Source: a virus (Duplodnaviria; Caudoviricetes). Taken from it: a stretch of 63,710 bases of DNA. The translations under genes were made by a program, and so were the position numbers. The notes below the pieces were generated by a model. The model was not told the DNA's origin, searched no databases, and worked only from the letters and a program-made list of their open reading frames with translations. Location: positions 1 through 63,710 of IMG/VR virus record IMGVR_UViG_3300024182_000006. One strand, 5' to 3'. How positions within the stretch are numbered: position 1 is the first letter of the stretch; each line of letters opens with the position of its first letter. Shown here in pieces: positions 45,778 through 54,946 of this stretch.

Positions 45778-47016
45778 TCAGGAGTGCCGTTGTTCCCACG
45801 AGGCGTCCCATGGGGGGCCGTCGAGCCCGGCAATCGGCGTCTCTTTGAAGTATGTCACGTCTTTGGGGTAGATGTCATCGTCACGCAGGGCGAGGATATC
45901 GATCTCTTTCATCCACGCACTGCGACGGAGCACTGCCATCTTCGGGTCGTAGTAAGGGTTCGGATTGGCCGGGTCGGTGCCTGGCCAGTCGGCAGCCTGG
46001 ACCATCGCCCCTTGGAGTAGGACGTCGGTGCGCGCGGCAATCGATGAAGGGAGCGTTGCGCCAGGGGCGGTCAAGTCGGGGATCTGGGTGATGTAGTAGA
46101 ACGGGTATTGGCTTTGGGTGAGCTGGTTGGGCCAGAGCTCGAATCGGGGGACACCGCTCGAAGCGATGGCCGAGGCGCGAGTGACGAACACGTCGCCCAC
46201 GGTGTACGTGATCCCTGCGTCATCAGGCCACCAGACATAGACCCCGTCGATGAGACCGATGGCATTGGGGCTGGTTGGGACGCCGGTGACGTAGGTGCCA
46301 TCCCCTTGTTTCCATTTGAAGATGGCCGTGCCGGAGGCCCCGCCCGTGGTCACCTCGACCACGTACAGCGTGTCGGCGTAGCCAGTGTAGGTGCCGGCGA
46401 ATACGGGAGCGTGTCCGGTGCCCCGTGCGTGGGTGGGAGTGGCGTCGACCGAGCCCAGGGGGATTGTCGAGTAGCCAGCTTCCGCGAGAACGTAGGGGGT
46501 ACCTGTGGTGACACGCCGCGCGTCTCGCCGGTCGATCTCACGCCGCTCGACGCCAGTACACAGACGCCAGTTGCGTGTGGTATCGATCACCGAGATAAAC
46601 GAGTGGAAATCGGTCGGGGCGGTGAGGAATTGCTGGAGGATGATGTAGCCGAGTCCGGAGATGTCGGGGTCGCCCCAGGGAAGGTTGATCCGGAGGTGTG
46701 TTCCGTCTATCACGGCCACGATGTCGTAGCCGAACGCGAATCCGACTTTTAACTGGCGCCCCACCATATCAGGAGTCCAAGACGTCCCTGTCCCTGTGAC
46801 AAGAGTGGGATCGGAATTGGAAATCGCGATAGTGCCGGTGCTGTAGGCGCTGGGGACGTTGAACACGCCATAGCGTAGACGCCAGGACCAGTCACGCTGA
46901 TCTGCGAACTGGTTCCAGGCGTTGAGCGCCCAGAGAGTGCACAGAGGGATGCCGGCACCAGGACATAGGAGCATGGCCTGGTGCGCGACTTGATCGATTG
47001 TAGAGATCTGCGCCAT
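45778..47016 (-). CDS. Second head-tail adaptor-like protein with inserted beta domains
   Basis: N-terminal helix (WALNAWNQF...DWSW), GTIAIS...VTGTGTSWT insert, GTPY...FELWP, C-terminal helices. Confidence 0.6.
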   Translation of the reverse strand: MAQISTIDQVAHQAMLLCPGAGIPLCTLWALNAWNQFADQRDWSWRLRYGVFNVPSAYSTGTIAISNSDPTLVTGTGTSWTPDMVGRQLKVGFAFGYDIVAVIDGTHLRINLPWGDPDISGLGYIILQQFLTAPTDFHSFISVIDTTRNWRLCTGVERREIDRRDARRVTTGTPYVLAEAGYSTIPLGSVDATPTHARGTGHAPVFAGTYTGYADTLYVVEVTTGGASGTAIFKWKQGDGTYVTGVPTSPNAIGLIDGVYVWWPDDAGITYTVGDVFVTRASAIASSGVPRFELWPNQLTQSQYPFYYITQIPDLTAPGATLPSSIAARTDVLLQGAMVQAADWPGTDPANPNPYYDPKMAVLRRSAWMKEIDILALRDDDIYPKDVTYFKETPIAGLDGPPWDASWEQRHS

Positions 47017-47028
47017 CGGGGAGGGGGA

Positions 47029-47277
47029 TCAGGGGTAACCGACTACTTTGACGAGAGCATTGGTGACCGCTCCGGTGGTCGTGAACACCACATGGGGCGG
47101 GGAGCTCGTGTCGGGAGCGGCTTTGGTGATCGCGCCATCGTTGAAGGTGACGCCGACGATTGCACGCAGGCCGGGAATCCAGTAATCCCCGGTGTTTGCG
47201 ATCGTGATCGTGGAGTACACCTCCAGCAGGGTGCCGTTGACATTGTCGATTCGATTTGTGGCTGTAACGACTGCCAT
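47029..47277 (-). CDS. Small head decoration-like protein
   Basis: AGGAG RBS; beta-rich, ends VVGYP. Confidence 0.6.
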   Translation of the reverse strand: MAVVTATNRIDNVNGTLLEVYSTITIANTGDYWIPGLRAIVGVTFNDGAITKAAPDTSSPPHVVFTTTGAVTNALVKVVGYP

Positions 47278-47336
47278 GTGCGTGTTCTCCTATACGCTGG
47301 GACGACGGAGCAACGGAACAACGGGGCTCGGGGGAA

Positions 47337-47873
47337 TCAGTCGTAATCGGGGAGCTCGAGATCGACTGGGACCACGCCAGCGACAGCTGGACCTGTGGCG
47401 TAGCCGATGAGGAGCGAGGTGGGGGCGGTGCCAGCAGCGACACGTGCTCCCTTGGCTGTGTTATTCGCGAGCGTGTCCGAGACCACCTGATCGGTCGCGA
47501 CCCAAGACGTGCCGACACCAAGAACCGAGACATTGCGGGTGCGGCCGTTCTTGATGAAGGTTTGGTTGCCGGGGGTGACCGCGCAGGTGAAGACCCCAGC
47601 GACTCCCTGGATGTTTTGCGGGGCGAAGCGCTGGTCCGTTGTGACGATGCCTGCGACGCGATCCTTCCAGTAGGCGAGCATGCCCGCTGCCTGAGCGCCG
47701 ACAGGGGTCGCGGAAGTGGCGCCCGTGTCGAGCTGCACCTTCTGACGCTGCACTCCATCGATGATCGATTTGGTGCCCAGATCCGAGGGGCGGTACGGCG
47801 GTACGGCCTCGTTCACGTTGTCCGGATCGCTGTTGCGAACGTAGGGAATGCGGTTCTCTTTGCCGGTAGGCAT
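47337..47873 (-). CDS. Capsid cement/decoration protein
   Basis: Directly after the major capsid gene; LGTK...G...QKVQ...AAG.LAYW...AGV. Confidence 0.65.
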   Translation of the reverse strand: MPTGKENRIPYVRNSDPDNVNEAVPPYRPSDLGTKSIIDGVQRQKVQLDTGATSATPVGAQAAGMLAYWKDRVAGIVTTDQRFAPQNIQGVAGVFTCAVTPGNQTFIKNGRTRNVSVLGVGTSWVATDQVVSDTLANNTAKGARVAAGTAPTSLLIGYATGPAVAGVVPVDLELPDYD

Positions 47874-47902
47874 GGTAATTGGCTCCTTTCAGCGAATCCG
47901 AT

Positions 47903-48997
47903 TTACTGCGTGAACCCGAACACCTGCGCGTGATTGCGCGGAGACCGGAAGAATAGAGCGATCGAGGCGAGGATCTGGCCCGCGATCTTGTTGTTGCCCT
48001 GCGCCGCTTTGTACCCGGTAAAGCCAAAGCCGAACTTCTTGCTCTTGGAGATCATGAAACGAACGTATTGGCGGCGAGCGTTGATCCAGAAGAGCGTCTC
48101 GCTCGTGATCGTGGGGTAGGCCGCGAGCACGCCCTTGGACGACTTCTGGAGGAAAGGATTGGCTACGCGGGTCACGCCGTTGGTGTTGGTGCCAGAAATT
48201 ACAGTGCCGGGTGCGTAGCGCGAACGCATGATGTTGCAGTTGTTGTATTTGAGGGCGTTGAATCCGAGTTTGGGGTCCTGGGTGTCGTTGAAGCGCTGCT
48301 GGTTCTGGAAGCGGCTCTTGATCGCAGTGAACCCCTTGTACGTGGTGATACCGATGTTCGGCTCTTCCTCTCCCTCGCCGATGGTGGCTTGGCTGTAGGA
48401 GTTCTCCAGATCGAACTGCATGAGGGTGGTCGAGGCCGTCTGATACGGGACGGAGTTCAGAGCATCGCCGATCGTGCCGTTGCGCGTGGTGTCGCCCAGT
48501 TTCGTGTAGATCGAGCCGTCCCACGAGGCGTTGGTGCCGTCGTTGAGCTGCTCGGCCATACCGGTGATCAGGCGCGTGTAACCGGCGCGAGAACCGTTGA
48601 GATAGAGCGACATGGCCACCTGGGCGCCGATGGTCTTGAGTGCTCGGCTCATGCGCGTGTTGATGAAACGGTACACCGCACGCGGACCAATGTTGAATAC
48701 TTCCAGGTCTTCGAGCAAGGCGGAGACGTTGCAGTAATAGAACTGCATTGGCAGCGCAAAGGCTTGCTCGGCCTGGATCTCGGTGAGATCGAACTCATCG
48801 CCTGGATCGTACGCACCACCGATCTCCGGGGCGTATTCGAAATCGGATTCGACGAGGCGCCGGCCACCAGTGAACTGCTCTTCAGCAACGTCGCGCAGAT
48901 AACCGAGAAGTGGATCGCGGTGGAAGATGTTGTCGAGAATGCGGGGTGTGTCGAGAATGAAACGCTCTGTTGCCAAATCAATCTGGTTGTAATCCAT
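47903..48997 (-). CDS. Major capsid protein (HK97 fold)
   Basis: 364 aa; ILDNIF..DPLL.YL, GG...., PNIGITT, LGFNALKYN, LFWIN; position after the scaffold. Confidence 0.85.
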   Translation of the reverse strand: MDYNQIDLATERFILDTPRILDNIFHRDPLLGYLRDVAEEQFTGGRRLVESDFEYAPEIGGAYDPGDEFDLTEIQAEQAFALPMQFYYCNVSALLEDLEVFNIGPRAVYRFINTRMSRALKTIGAQVAMSLYLNGSRAGYTRLITGMAEQLNDGTNASWDGSIYTKLGDTTRNGTIGDALNSVPYQTASTTLMQFDLENSYSQATIGEGEEEPNIGITTYKGFTAIKSRFQNQQRFNDTQDPKLGFNALKYNNCNIMRSRYAPGTVISGTNTNGVTRVANPFLQKSSKGVLAAYPTITSETLFWINARRQYVRFMISKSKKFGFGFTGYKAAQGNNKIAGQILASIALFFRSPRNHAQVFGFTQ

Positions 48998-49059
48998 GAT
49001 GCTTTTGTCTCCTCCCCATCACACCCGCCCGGCACCATGCCAGAGAGTCAGAGGGTTTT

Positions 49060-49923
49060 TCAGTGGGTTTTGTCCGACCGGGTGAACCCGTTGGTCTGTT
49101 GCCACGAACGCACGAAAGCGTCCTCCCCTTCGAGAGGCTTACCGTCCGAGCTCGTGATTGTTTGCGTCTTGGCACGTCCGAACATCACAGCGCGCAGAGC
49201 GCCTTCTCCGGCGTGATCCCCAGAGCCGGCCGAGGGCTCGTCGCGTTGGCTCAGAGCTTCGAGCCGACCTTGCTCGCGCGCCTCATCGATCTTTTTCTGA
49301 GTCTCGGCTGCGCGCTTTTCATCTTCGAGTGGCTTGCAGAAACGGTCGTAAGCGAGATGAACGGGGAGCTTGTGCTCGCCCGCGTACTTGATCAGCTCTG
49401 CTTGATTGAGCGACTTGCCGTAGCTCTCCCGGTAGTGGTTGCTCAGGTCGAACATCATCGTCATCGCGGTGAGGGAGTCCTGATCGACTTTACTCACCTC
49501 GCTCAAGATGCGCTCCGCTACTTTGGACAGGTCTTCTTTGGTGACGAACTGATTCGTATCGAATGGCTGGGTCACAGGGCGGGACTCCTCTTCGTTGGTG
49601 CGCGGGAAGTGAGAGGTCTGTGCCTGGCGGAGTCGCTCGTTGTACTCCTGTTCCTTCTCGTCTCGCCACTTCACGTTGTTGTCGTAGATGCCGTTGGCGC
49701 GATTCGTAGCCTCGCGAGCACGGTCGAGGGCAGACTGCGCCTTCTGACGCGAGGCGACCGAGTTGTGCAGACGGCCGACAACCTTCGGATTGCGCAGTGC
49801 TTCCTGCGCTGCCCGCGCCACCTCCTCCGACAAACCAGCATCGGTGAACAGATCGTTGATGTACTCGTCCGCGTCGAAGAGCTCAGCACTAGGAGCTTCA
49901 ATTACCGCCATAGAATTACCCAC
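49060..49923 (-). CDS. Scaffolding protein
   Basis: Charged, helical 287-aa protein immediately upstream of the major capsid gene. Confidence 0.65.
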   Translation of the reverse strand: MGNSMAVIEAPSAELFDADEYINDLFTDAGLSEEVARAAQEALRNPKVVGRLHNSVASRQKAQSALDRAREATNRANGIYDNNVKWRDEKEQEYNERLRQAQTSHFPRTNEEESRPVTQPFDTNQFVTKEDLSKVAERILSEVSKVDQDSLTAMTMMFDLSNHYRESYGKSLNQAELIKYAGEHKLPVHLAYDRFCKPLEDEKRAAETQKKIDEAREQGRLEALSQRDEPSAGSGDHAGEGALRAVMFGRAKTQTITSSDGKPLEGEDAFVRSWQQTNGFTRSDKTH

Positions 49924-49950
49924 CCTTTCGCTGTCATGCCTGCCCCATTG

Positions 49951-49980
49951 AACCGTGTGTACGATAACCGCGTGTACGAT
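49951..49980. repeat. 15-bp tandem repeat AACCGYGTGTACGAT x2
   Basis: 49951-49965 and 49966-49980 differ by one base; intergenic, upstream of the scaffold gene. Confidence 0.8.
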
Positions 49981-50037
49981 CTAGGGGATCAGTTGACGTC
50001 TTGGTACTGCTCGTTCACTGTTGACTGTTGGGAGCTG

Positions 50038-50493
50038 CTACTGCATCGGAGGCGCTGCGGAAGGCGGCATCCCACCCCCACCTGTACCGACCAGCTGTCC
50101 CATTCCGCCCGCAGGGGCGGGGGGAGCTGCTGGAGGAGGTAGAGGCGAGCCGGGAGCCACTCCCATAGGAGCACCCGATAAAAGCGCATTGATTTGTTGG
50201 GGGACAGATTGGCGGAGCACGGTGATCGCGTCTTGGGTAATGGCGATCGTGGCAGGGAAGACGGAGCCTAGGACACGAGCGTGGTGCTCGAGGCCTTGGA
50301 GTGAGCGAAGAGCTATGGCGACGATCGTGCCGCCAGCCCCACCATCGTCGTTCTCTTCGTCTTGTGGGTCGATCTCGCCATCGGGGGTAGAGATCAGGTC
50401 ACGCGAGCCTCGAGGAGCCGAACGGCCCAGACCCCCTGGGGGGTCTTTGTCCAGCGTTTGGCGCTCGTCACTCGACGGCAGAGAACTTGGCAT
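50038..50493 (-). CDS. Small head-assembly-associated protein (Pro/Gly tail)
   Basis: Upstream of the scaffold gene; has its own promoter. Confidence 0.55.
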   Translation of the reverse strand: MPSSLPSSDERQTLDKDPPGGLGRSAPRGSRDLISTPDGEIDPQDEENDDGGAGGTIVAIALRSLQGLEHHARVLGSVFPATIAITQDAITVLRQSVPQQINALLSGAPMGVAPGSPLPPPAAPPAPAGGMGQLVGTGGGGMPPSAAPPMQ

Positions 50494-50525
50494 CCATCCA
50501 CCCCATCACACCCATCACGTTGAAA

Positions 50526-50554
50526 ACGGTAATCCCCACGGCAGTTATTGTCAA
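50526..50554 (-). promoter_or_regulatory. Sigma70 promoter for the capsid operon
   Basis: Minus strand TTGACA-N17-TACCGT. Confidence 0.6.
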
Positions 50555-50623
50555 GAGTGCTTTATTGCCATACATCGACGCCAGCTCTCTCGACGCGCTT
50601 CGGTCATCTCAGTCGTCTTGGTG

Positions 50624-52912
50624 CTAGGGGGCCGTGCCCCACTCGTAGCGACTGACCTCGGCCACGACGTCGTCGCTGTTGGTAGCCTTGCCGGTGATCT
50701 TGAACTGAAGAGAGGAGGTCAAGGTGAGGCCAGTCACGGCGGAGTAGGTCGTGGTGGCAGGGAGCACCGTGGACGAGGTGATGAGAGTCGTCCAGCACTT
50801 GATCGTGCTGTTGCCGGCAGTCGCGTCGGTGGTCTGACAGTTCGCCTCAACCGCCCAAGAGGAGGCAGTGGTGATCGCCAGAGAGCCTGTGTCGAAGATG
50901 TGGTTGCTGCCGAGATAGATCTGGATCTGTTTGTCGGTCGAGCCAGTGGCTGCGAAAGTGCCCCCGACCTTCATCGTCACGATGTCGCCGATGGCGTTCA
51001 TCATGCCCGCGTCGAGTGTGACAACGCGTAGATCGGTCTCTGTGGCCGCTGTGTTGCCGGTGGTCTGACCTTGATCGTTAATACCGCCCCCTACGCGTGC
51101 GCGCGTGCTGGCAGCAGCATCCGGCTGGATTTGGAGCACGCCATTGCCAGAGGCAGTGACCCCAATGCCCGTCTTGCCAGAGACTCCTCCGCCAGCTGCG
51201 TCGCCGTTGAGTGTGATGGTGTTGGCGCTGGAGACGGTGAGAGGGGTATTGGCTCCATTGGTGAGCGTGAACGTGGTCGAGCCGGGCATGCCCAATCCCC
51301 AGTCCTGAGAGCTGGTCTCGCTGCTGACGAAATGGATCTGGGAGTTGCGGCCGGAGGAGGTTCCATTACCCGTGAGCAGCCGGAGCTGGACCAGGCGAGT
51401 CGCGCTGGTGTTGCTGATCTGGGCGGTCATGCCAGGAGCGCTGTTGGCGCTACCCGTAGCCTCGAAGATGTAGCCGCTCGACGAGGCCCCTGTACCAGTA
51501 CCAGCGGCCCCGATCTCGAGCTCAGCGAATCCATCGGAGGCGTTGGTGAAACGGACCTGGTTGGCAGCCGTGCGTTTGAAGACGGAGTCGGCTGTCCCTT
51601 CGGCGTCGGTGGTCGAGGACCAGGAGAGAGTCCCGTCCGAGGGGAAGGTGCAGCCCCCAGCACACAGGACTTTGCTGACGCCGCCAATTGCGAAGCCGAA
51701 GGCAGCGGAGGTGAAATAGAAGCCCGTGGTGGAGGCGGCTGAGCGGACGAGGGTGGGGGCGGCTTTGGAGCCATCGGCGACGAGGGCGTTTCGGGAGAGG
51801 TAGGCGTCGCGCCAGCGCTTGGATGAGGAGCCGAGATCGATCGAGGCGTCGGCGCCGGGGAGCAGAGATGTGTTCACAGCGACCGAGGCGAGATTCGAGA
51901 GGGCTGTGTTGGCTCCAGCAGCGGGGGCGGCGGCCAGAGCTACCCATACAGCGTTTTGGCAAGTGTATTGGGAAGTGTCGGTGGTGCCGTCGGTGCGGAG
52001 GTAGATAGATCCAGTGATACAAGCGCCAACAGGGGCCCCGATACCGTAGGTGATGGCGGCTCCAGTGGAGGAGTCGTGGAAGGCCAGCTTCTCGGAAGTC
52101 ACAACACCTATGTTGTCTACACGGAAGGGCGTCGTGCCGAGGCCGTCGTTCTGGATCTGGATGGCAACAGCTCCGTTGGCGCGGCCATTGAGGTCGTCCA
52201 CGAGCAGAATGGGGATGGCAGGGTCGGTTGCGCGGCTCACGATCGAGGCCCCGACACCCTCGAGCGAGTCTGCTTGCAGACCGAAGCCGTTGGCCGAGCC
52301 GGATTTGTCGAGAAACACCCCCGCTGTGCCACCGTTGATCGCAGCGGAGGCAACGACACCCAGGACCGAGTAGCCCCCATCCCCTCCAGCGTAGATCGAG
52401 TAGATCCCCGCGTCGCTGCCGGGGTTGTAGAGGGAGTTAGGGGTGGTGGTCGGGTCGATCGTCGAGCTATGGGAGAATTTCGCCACCCAGAGGGCGAATC
52501 CATTGTTCTCTCGCCCGAAAACGGCCATCCCTGACTTGTTCCCAGTCGTGCTCGAGTCGTCCTGGACAAACAGAACGCTCGTATTGCCGGCTGAGGAGGG
52601 AGTGGTCGCGGTGATCGTTTTCTTGGCGGTGATGGCCTGGTCGGTGTTGGTGGTGACGCACGTCGAGCAAGGACCGCTCGACCCCCCCGTGGACACGGCG
52701 GTCCAGGTGTTGGTGGCCGTGCAGAGATAGAGAACACCGGGGGTGCCGGTGGAGAAGACGTCCATGGCAGAGAGGCTGTAGGTGCAGGTGGCAGGGAGAC
52801 CCGAGCCGGCGCGAATGCGGTTTGCCGGGTTGTTGAATAGCTGCGCCCCGGCTGTGGGGGCGAGAGCCAGAAGAGCCGATACCAGCAGAAGAGAACGCGA
52901 GCACCTAATCAA
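50624..52912 (-). CDS. Secreted fibre-like protein (signal peptide plus QLFNNP module)
   Basis: MIRCSRSLLLVSALLALAPTAGA|QLFNNP; GAP.G.C..GSIYLRTDG fibre motif; DLGSSSKRWRDAYL fibre motif; Ser/Thr/Gly-rich. Confidence 0.7.
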   Translation of the reverse strand: MIRCSRSLLLVSALLALAPTAGAQLFNNPANRIRAGSGLPATCTYSLSAMDVFSTGTPGVLYLCTATNTWTAVSTGGSSGPCSTCVTTNTDQAITAKKTITATTPSSAGNTSVLFVQDDSSTTGNKSGMAVFGRENNGFALWVAKFSHSSTIDPTTTPNSLYNPGSDAGIYSIYAGGDGGYSVLGVVASAAINGGTAGVFLDKSGSANGFGLQADSLEGVGASIVSRATDPAIPILLVDDLNGRANGAVAIQIQNDGLGTTPFRVDNIGVVTSEKLAFHDSSTGAAITYGIGAPVGACITGSIYLRTDGTTDTSQYTCQNAVWVALAAAPAAGANTALSNLASVAVNTSLLPGADASIDLGSSSKRWRDAYLSRNALVADGSKAAPTLVRSAASTTGFYFTSAAFGFAIGGVSKVLCAGGCTFPSDGTLSWSSTTDAEGTADSVFKRTAANQVRFTNASDGFAELEIGAAGTGTGASSSGYIFEATGSANSAPGMTAQISNTSATRLVQLRLLTGNGTSSGRNSQIHFVSSETSSQDWGLGMPGSTTFTLTNGANTPLTVSSANTITLNGDAAGGGVSGKTGIGVTASGNGVLQIQPDAAASTRARVGGGINDQGQTTGNTAATETDLRVVTLDAGMMNAIGDIVTMKVGGTFAATGSTDKQIQIYLGSNHIFDTGSLAITTASSWAVEANCQTTDATAGNSTIKCWTTLITSSTVLPATTTYSAVTGLTLTSSLQFKITGKATNSDDVVAEVSRYEWGTAP

Positions 52913-53306
52913 CAGTAACCCCCGTGATCTTGCCGTTGGCTACGAGCCAAGTGGCAATACGCATCCGAAGCTTATTCGCCACGGTCTTGCCCGTTTCCCC
53001 CGCGACAGCTGTGTTCATTTGGGTGACCAGAGACAGGAGCTCGGTAGGCGAGGTGATGAGAACGTCGGTGGTCAGAGCCGCCATGTCATTGCCGCCATTG
53101 GCCACCGCTCCCGAGGCGCGGACATAGTCGATGTGGATGTGGGCCGAGCCGTTGCCGGTGACGGGGATCGCAAAGCCCCAGTAGACGATCTCGAACCGGG
53201 TGATTTGATCGGTTGCAGGAGGAGCATTGAGTGATCCGCCTCCGAGGAGGGCGTAGGGGAAGGCGAGACAGAGGATGATGGCGAGAAGACAGGTGATCTT
53301 GCGCAT
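52905..53306 (-). CDS. Small secreted protein
   Basis: MRKITCLLAIILCLAFPYALLG signal-like N-terminus; AGGAG RBS. Confidence 0.65.
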   Translation of the reverse strand: MRKITCLLAIILCLAFPYALLGGGSLNAPPATDQITRFEIVYWGFAIPVTGNGSAHIHIDYVRASGAVANGGNDMAALTTDVLITSPTELLSLVTQMNTAVAGETGKTVANKLRMRIATWLVANGKITGVTVD

Positions 53307-53318
53307 AACGAAGCTCTC

Positions 53319-54473
53319 CTAGAAGCCGACGCAGATGTAGTTGATCTTCTCTCCCGCGGTAAGAGTTACGGAGGAGATGATGGCGGTGGTGGTCGTTGTG
53401 GCCACGTTGAGAGAAGTGGTAGTGGTCTGAGCATTAGCCGTGCAGGCGGGGGCGTTGGCAAATGCCACGTTGAACGTGACTGTGCAGGAAGTGGGGGAGC
53501 CTGTTCCCGCGGTGATCGTTCCAGCGGCGTCGGTGCCAGCGATTGATGGGGAGGAGCCGCAGCTGCCCCCGATTGTAGGGCCGGTGAGTGCTTGCATGAC
53601 GAAGTGGCGCGCGCCGAAGTCGCGGTAATCGTTGCCGGTGTTGCCGACGACGAGCAAGCCCGTAGGCGTGGGAGGGGTCTGAGGGTTGACCTGGTGAAGG
53701 CTCACGCTCGTCCACCAGATCTCGCCGCCCGAGGAGAGCATGTTGACCCCACCTTGGCCGGAGCCCGCTGAGGACTGGATCAAGTTACTTTTCAACGTGC
53801 TCACAGCCTCGAGATTGTTGAAGATCTTGTACGAGGATGTGGTCGTTTTGCAGATGCCGCCATTCCCAGCATTGGGGAAGTTGCCCGTGATGGAGGTGGC
53901 CGAGTCCCAACCGACGCACATATCGGACGAGAGCATGATGTTGCCCAGATTGTCCACCGTCATCTTGAGCGTGCCATCGGAGCGGCGAGCGCGGAAGATG
54001 TCTCCCGTCTGCGAGGCTTTGGCTTCCAGGACCAAGGGGGACTGGGCGATTGCGGAGGCGGCGAAAAGAGAGTCGGCGGTGGCGTCGGCGGTGCCTGCGG
54101 TGCCCAGACCCAGGCCAGAGGGGCGGCCGAGTAGGGTGAGAGTAGTGCCAGTGGCGATGCCCGAGGCGTCGACGCGGAAGAGTTTCGTCGCATCGGAGGC
54201 GTTCTTCACGATGGCGGTGGCGTCAGAGAAAGGATTCGAGCCAGCGGTGCCGGTAGCGATGACCGTCCAAGTGTTGGTAGCGGTGCAGATATAGAGGGCT
54301 ACAGTAGCCGTGGTGGCCTGGTAGAACACATCGATCGAGTGCGTGGTGCTGACGCAGGTAGCGGGGAGTGTGGGTCCGGCTCGGAGGCGGCCGGTGGGAT
54401 TGTTGAATAGCTGCGCGGTCGCCTCGGATGAGAGACAGAGACAGAGAGTCAAAGCGATGAGAAAGCGGGACAT
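53319..54473 (-). CDS. Secreted fibre-like protein (signal peptide plus QLFNNP module)
   Basis: MSRFLIALTLCLCLSSEATA|QLFNNP; start fixed by TAATG overlap; C-terminal GTDAAGTIT...CTVTF..AFANAPAC beta-sandwich. Confidence 0.7.
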   Translation of the reverse strand: MSRFLIALTLCLCLSSEATAQLFNNPTGRLRAGPTLPATCVSTTHSIDVFYQATTATVALYICTATNTWTVIATGTAGSNPFSDATAIVKNASDATKLFRVDASGIATGTTLTLLGRPSGLGLGTAGTADATADSLFAASAIAQSPLVLEAKASQTGDIFRARRSDGTLKMTVDNLGNIMLSSDMCVGWDSATSITGNFPNAGNGGICKTTTSSYKIFNNLEAVSTLKSNLIQSSAGSGQGGVNMLSSGGEIWWTSVSLHQVNPQTPPTPTGLLVVGNTGNDYRDFGARHFVMQALTGPTIGGSCGSSPSIAGTDAAGTITAGTGSPTSCTVTFNVAFANAPACTANAQTTTTSLNVATTTTTAIISSVTLTAGEKINYICVGF

Positions 54474-54925
54474 TACTGGATCTCCGCAATCCACATGACA
54501 ACCTCCCCGTTCACATCAGCATTGATGTCGAAGTCGCCGAGGTCCAGATCAGGAACGTGACCCAGACCGAGCGGGGGGAACCAGGTGTCGGGGATGAGGG
54601 GGACGCTGTTTGTGGAAAGTGTTCCCGGTCCGCCGAAATAGACGAGACCCGTGTTCCCGTGGGCTCCGCCGAACTGGACGCGGGAGACCGGATAACGGAC
54701 ACGAGGGATCTGGGTTGTGGCCGCGTGGTTGATCGCCGAGATCCGGGTACCGGTGTGCGGGGTATCGGTGACGATCGTGAGCCCCCCAACCCCTGCCACG
54801 GGGAGTTGGCCCGGGGCGCTGGTGAGTGAGGGGACGAGAATCACGCAGATGGTGTTGGCCCCGTCTCCGAGAAGGGGACCGGGTACGCCCAGGGCGACTA
54901 CAGCGGTGCGTCCGATGATGACCAT
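54473..54925 (-). CDS. Small beta-rich virion-associated protein
   Basis: GAGG RBS; NTG.VYFG...LDL......GE.V pattern; follows the portal gene. Confidence 0.55.
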   Translation of the reverse strand: MVIIGRTAVVALGVPGPLLGDGANTICVILVPSLTSAPGQLPVAGVGGLTIVTDTPHTGTRISAINHAATTQIPRVRYPVSRVQFGGAHGNTGLVYFGGPGTLSTNSVPLIPDTWFPPLGLGHVPDLDLGDFDINADVNGEVVMWIAEIQ

Positions 54926-54946
54926 AATTCCGTTCCTCTCTTCTCG

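Noticed and set aside
48068-51031. Long + strand ORFs (382, 359 and 336 aa) opposite the capsid and scaffold genes
   Set aside because: Antisense shadows of real minus-strand genes; no RBS or domain signal.
43544-54473. Diversity-generating retroelement or invertase-based fibre switching
   Set aside because: No reverse transcriptase or recombinase gene and no adenine-specific TR/VR pair seen; the shared sequence is limited to the short N-terminal module.
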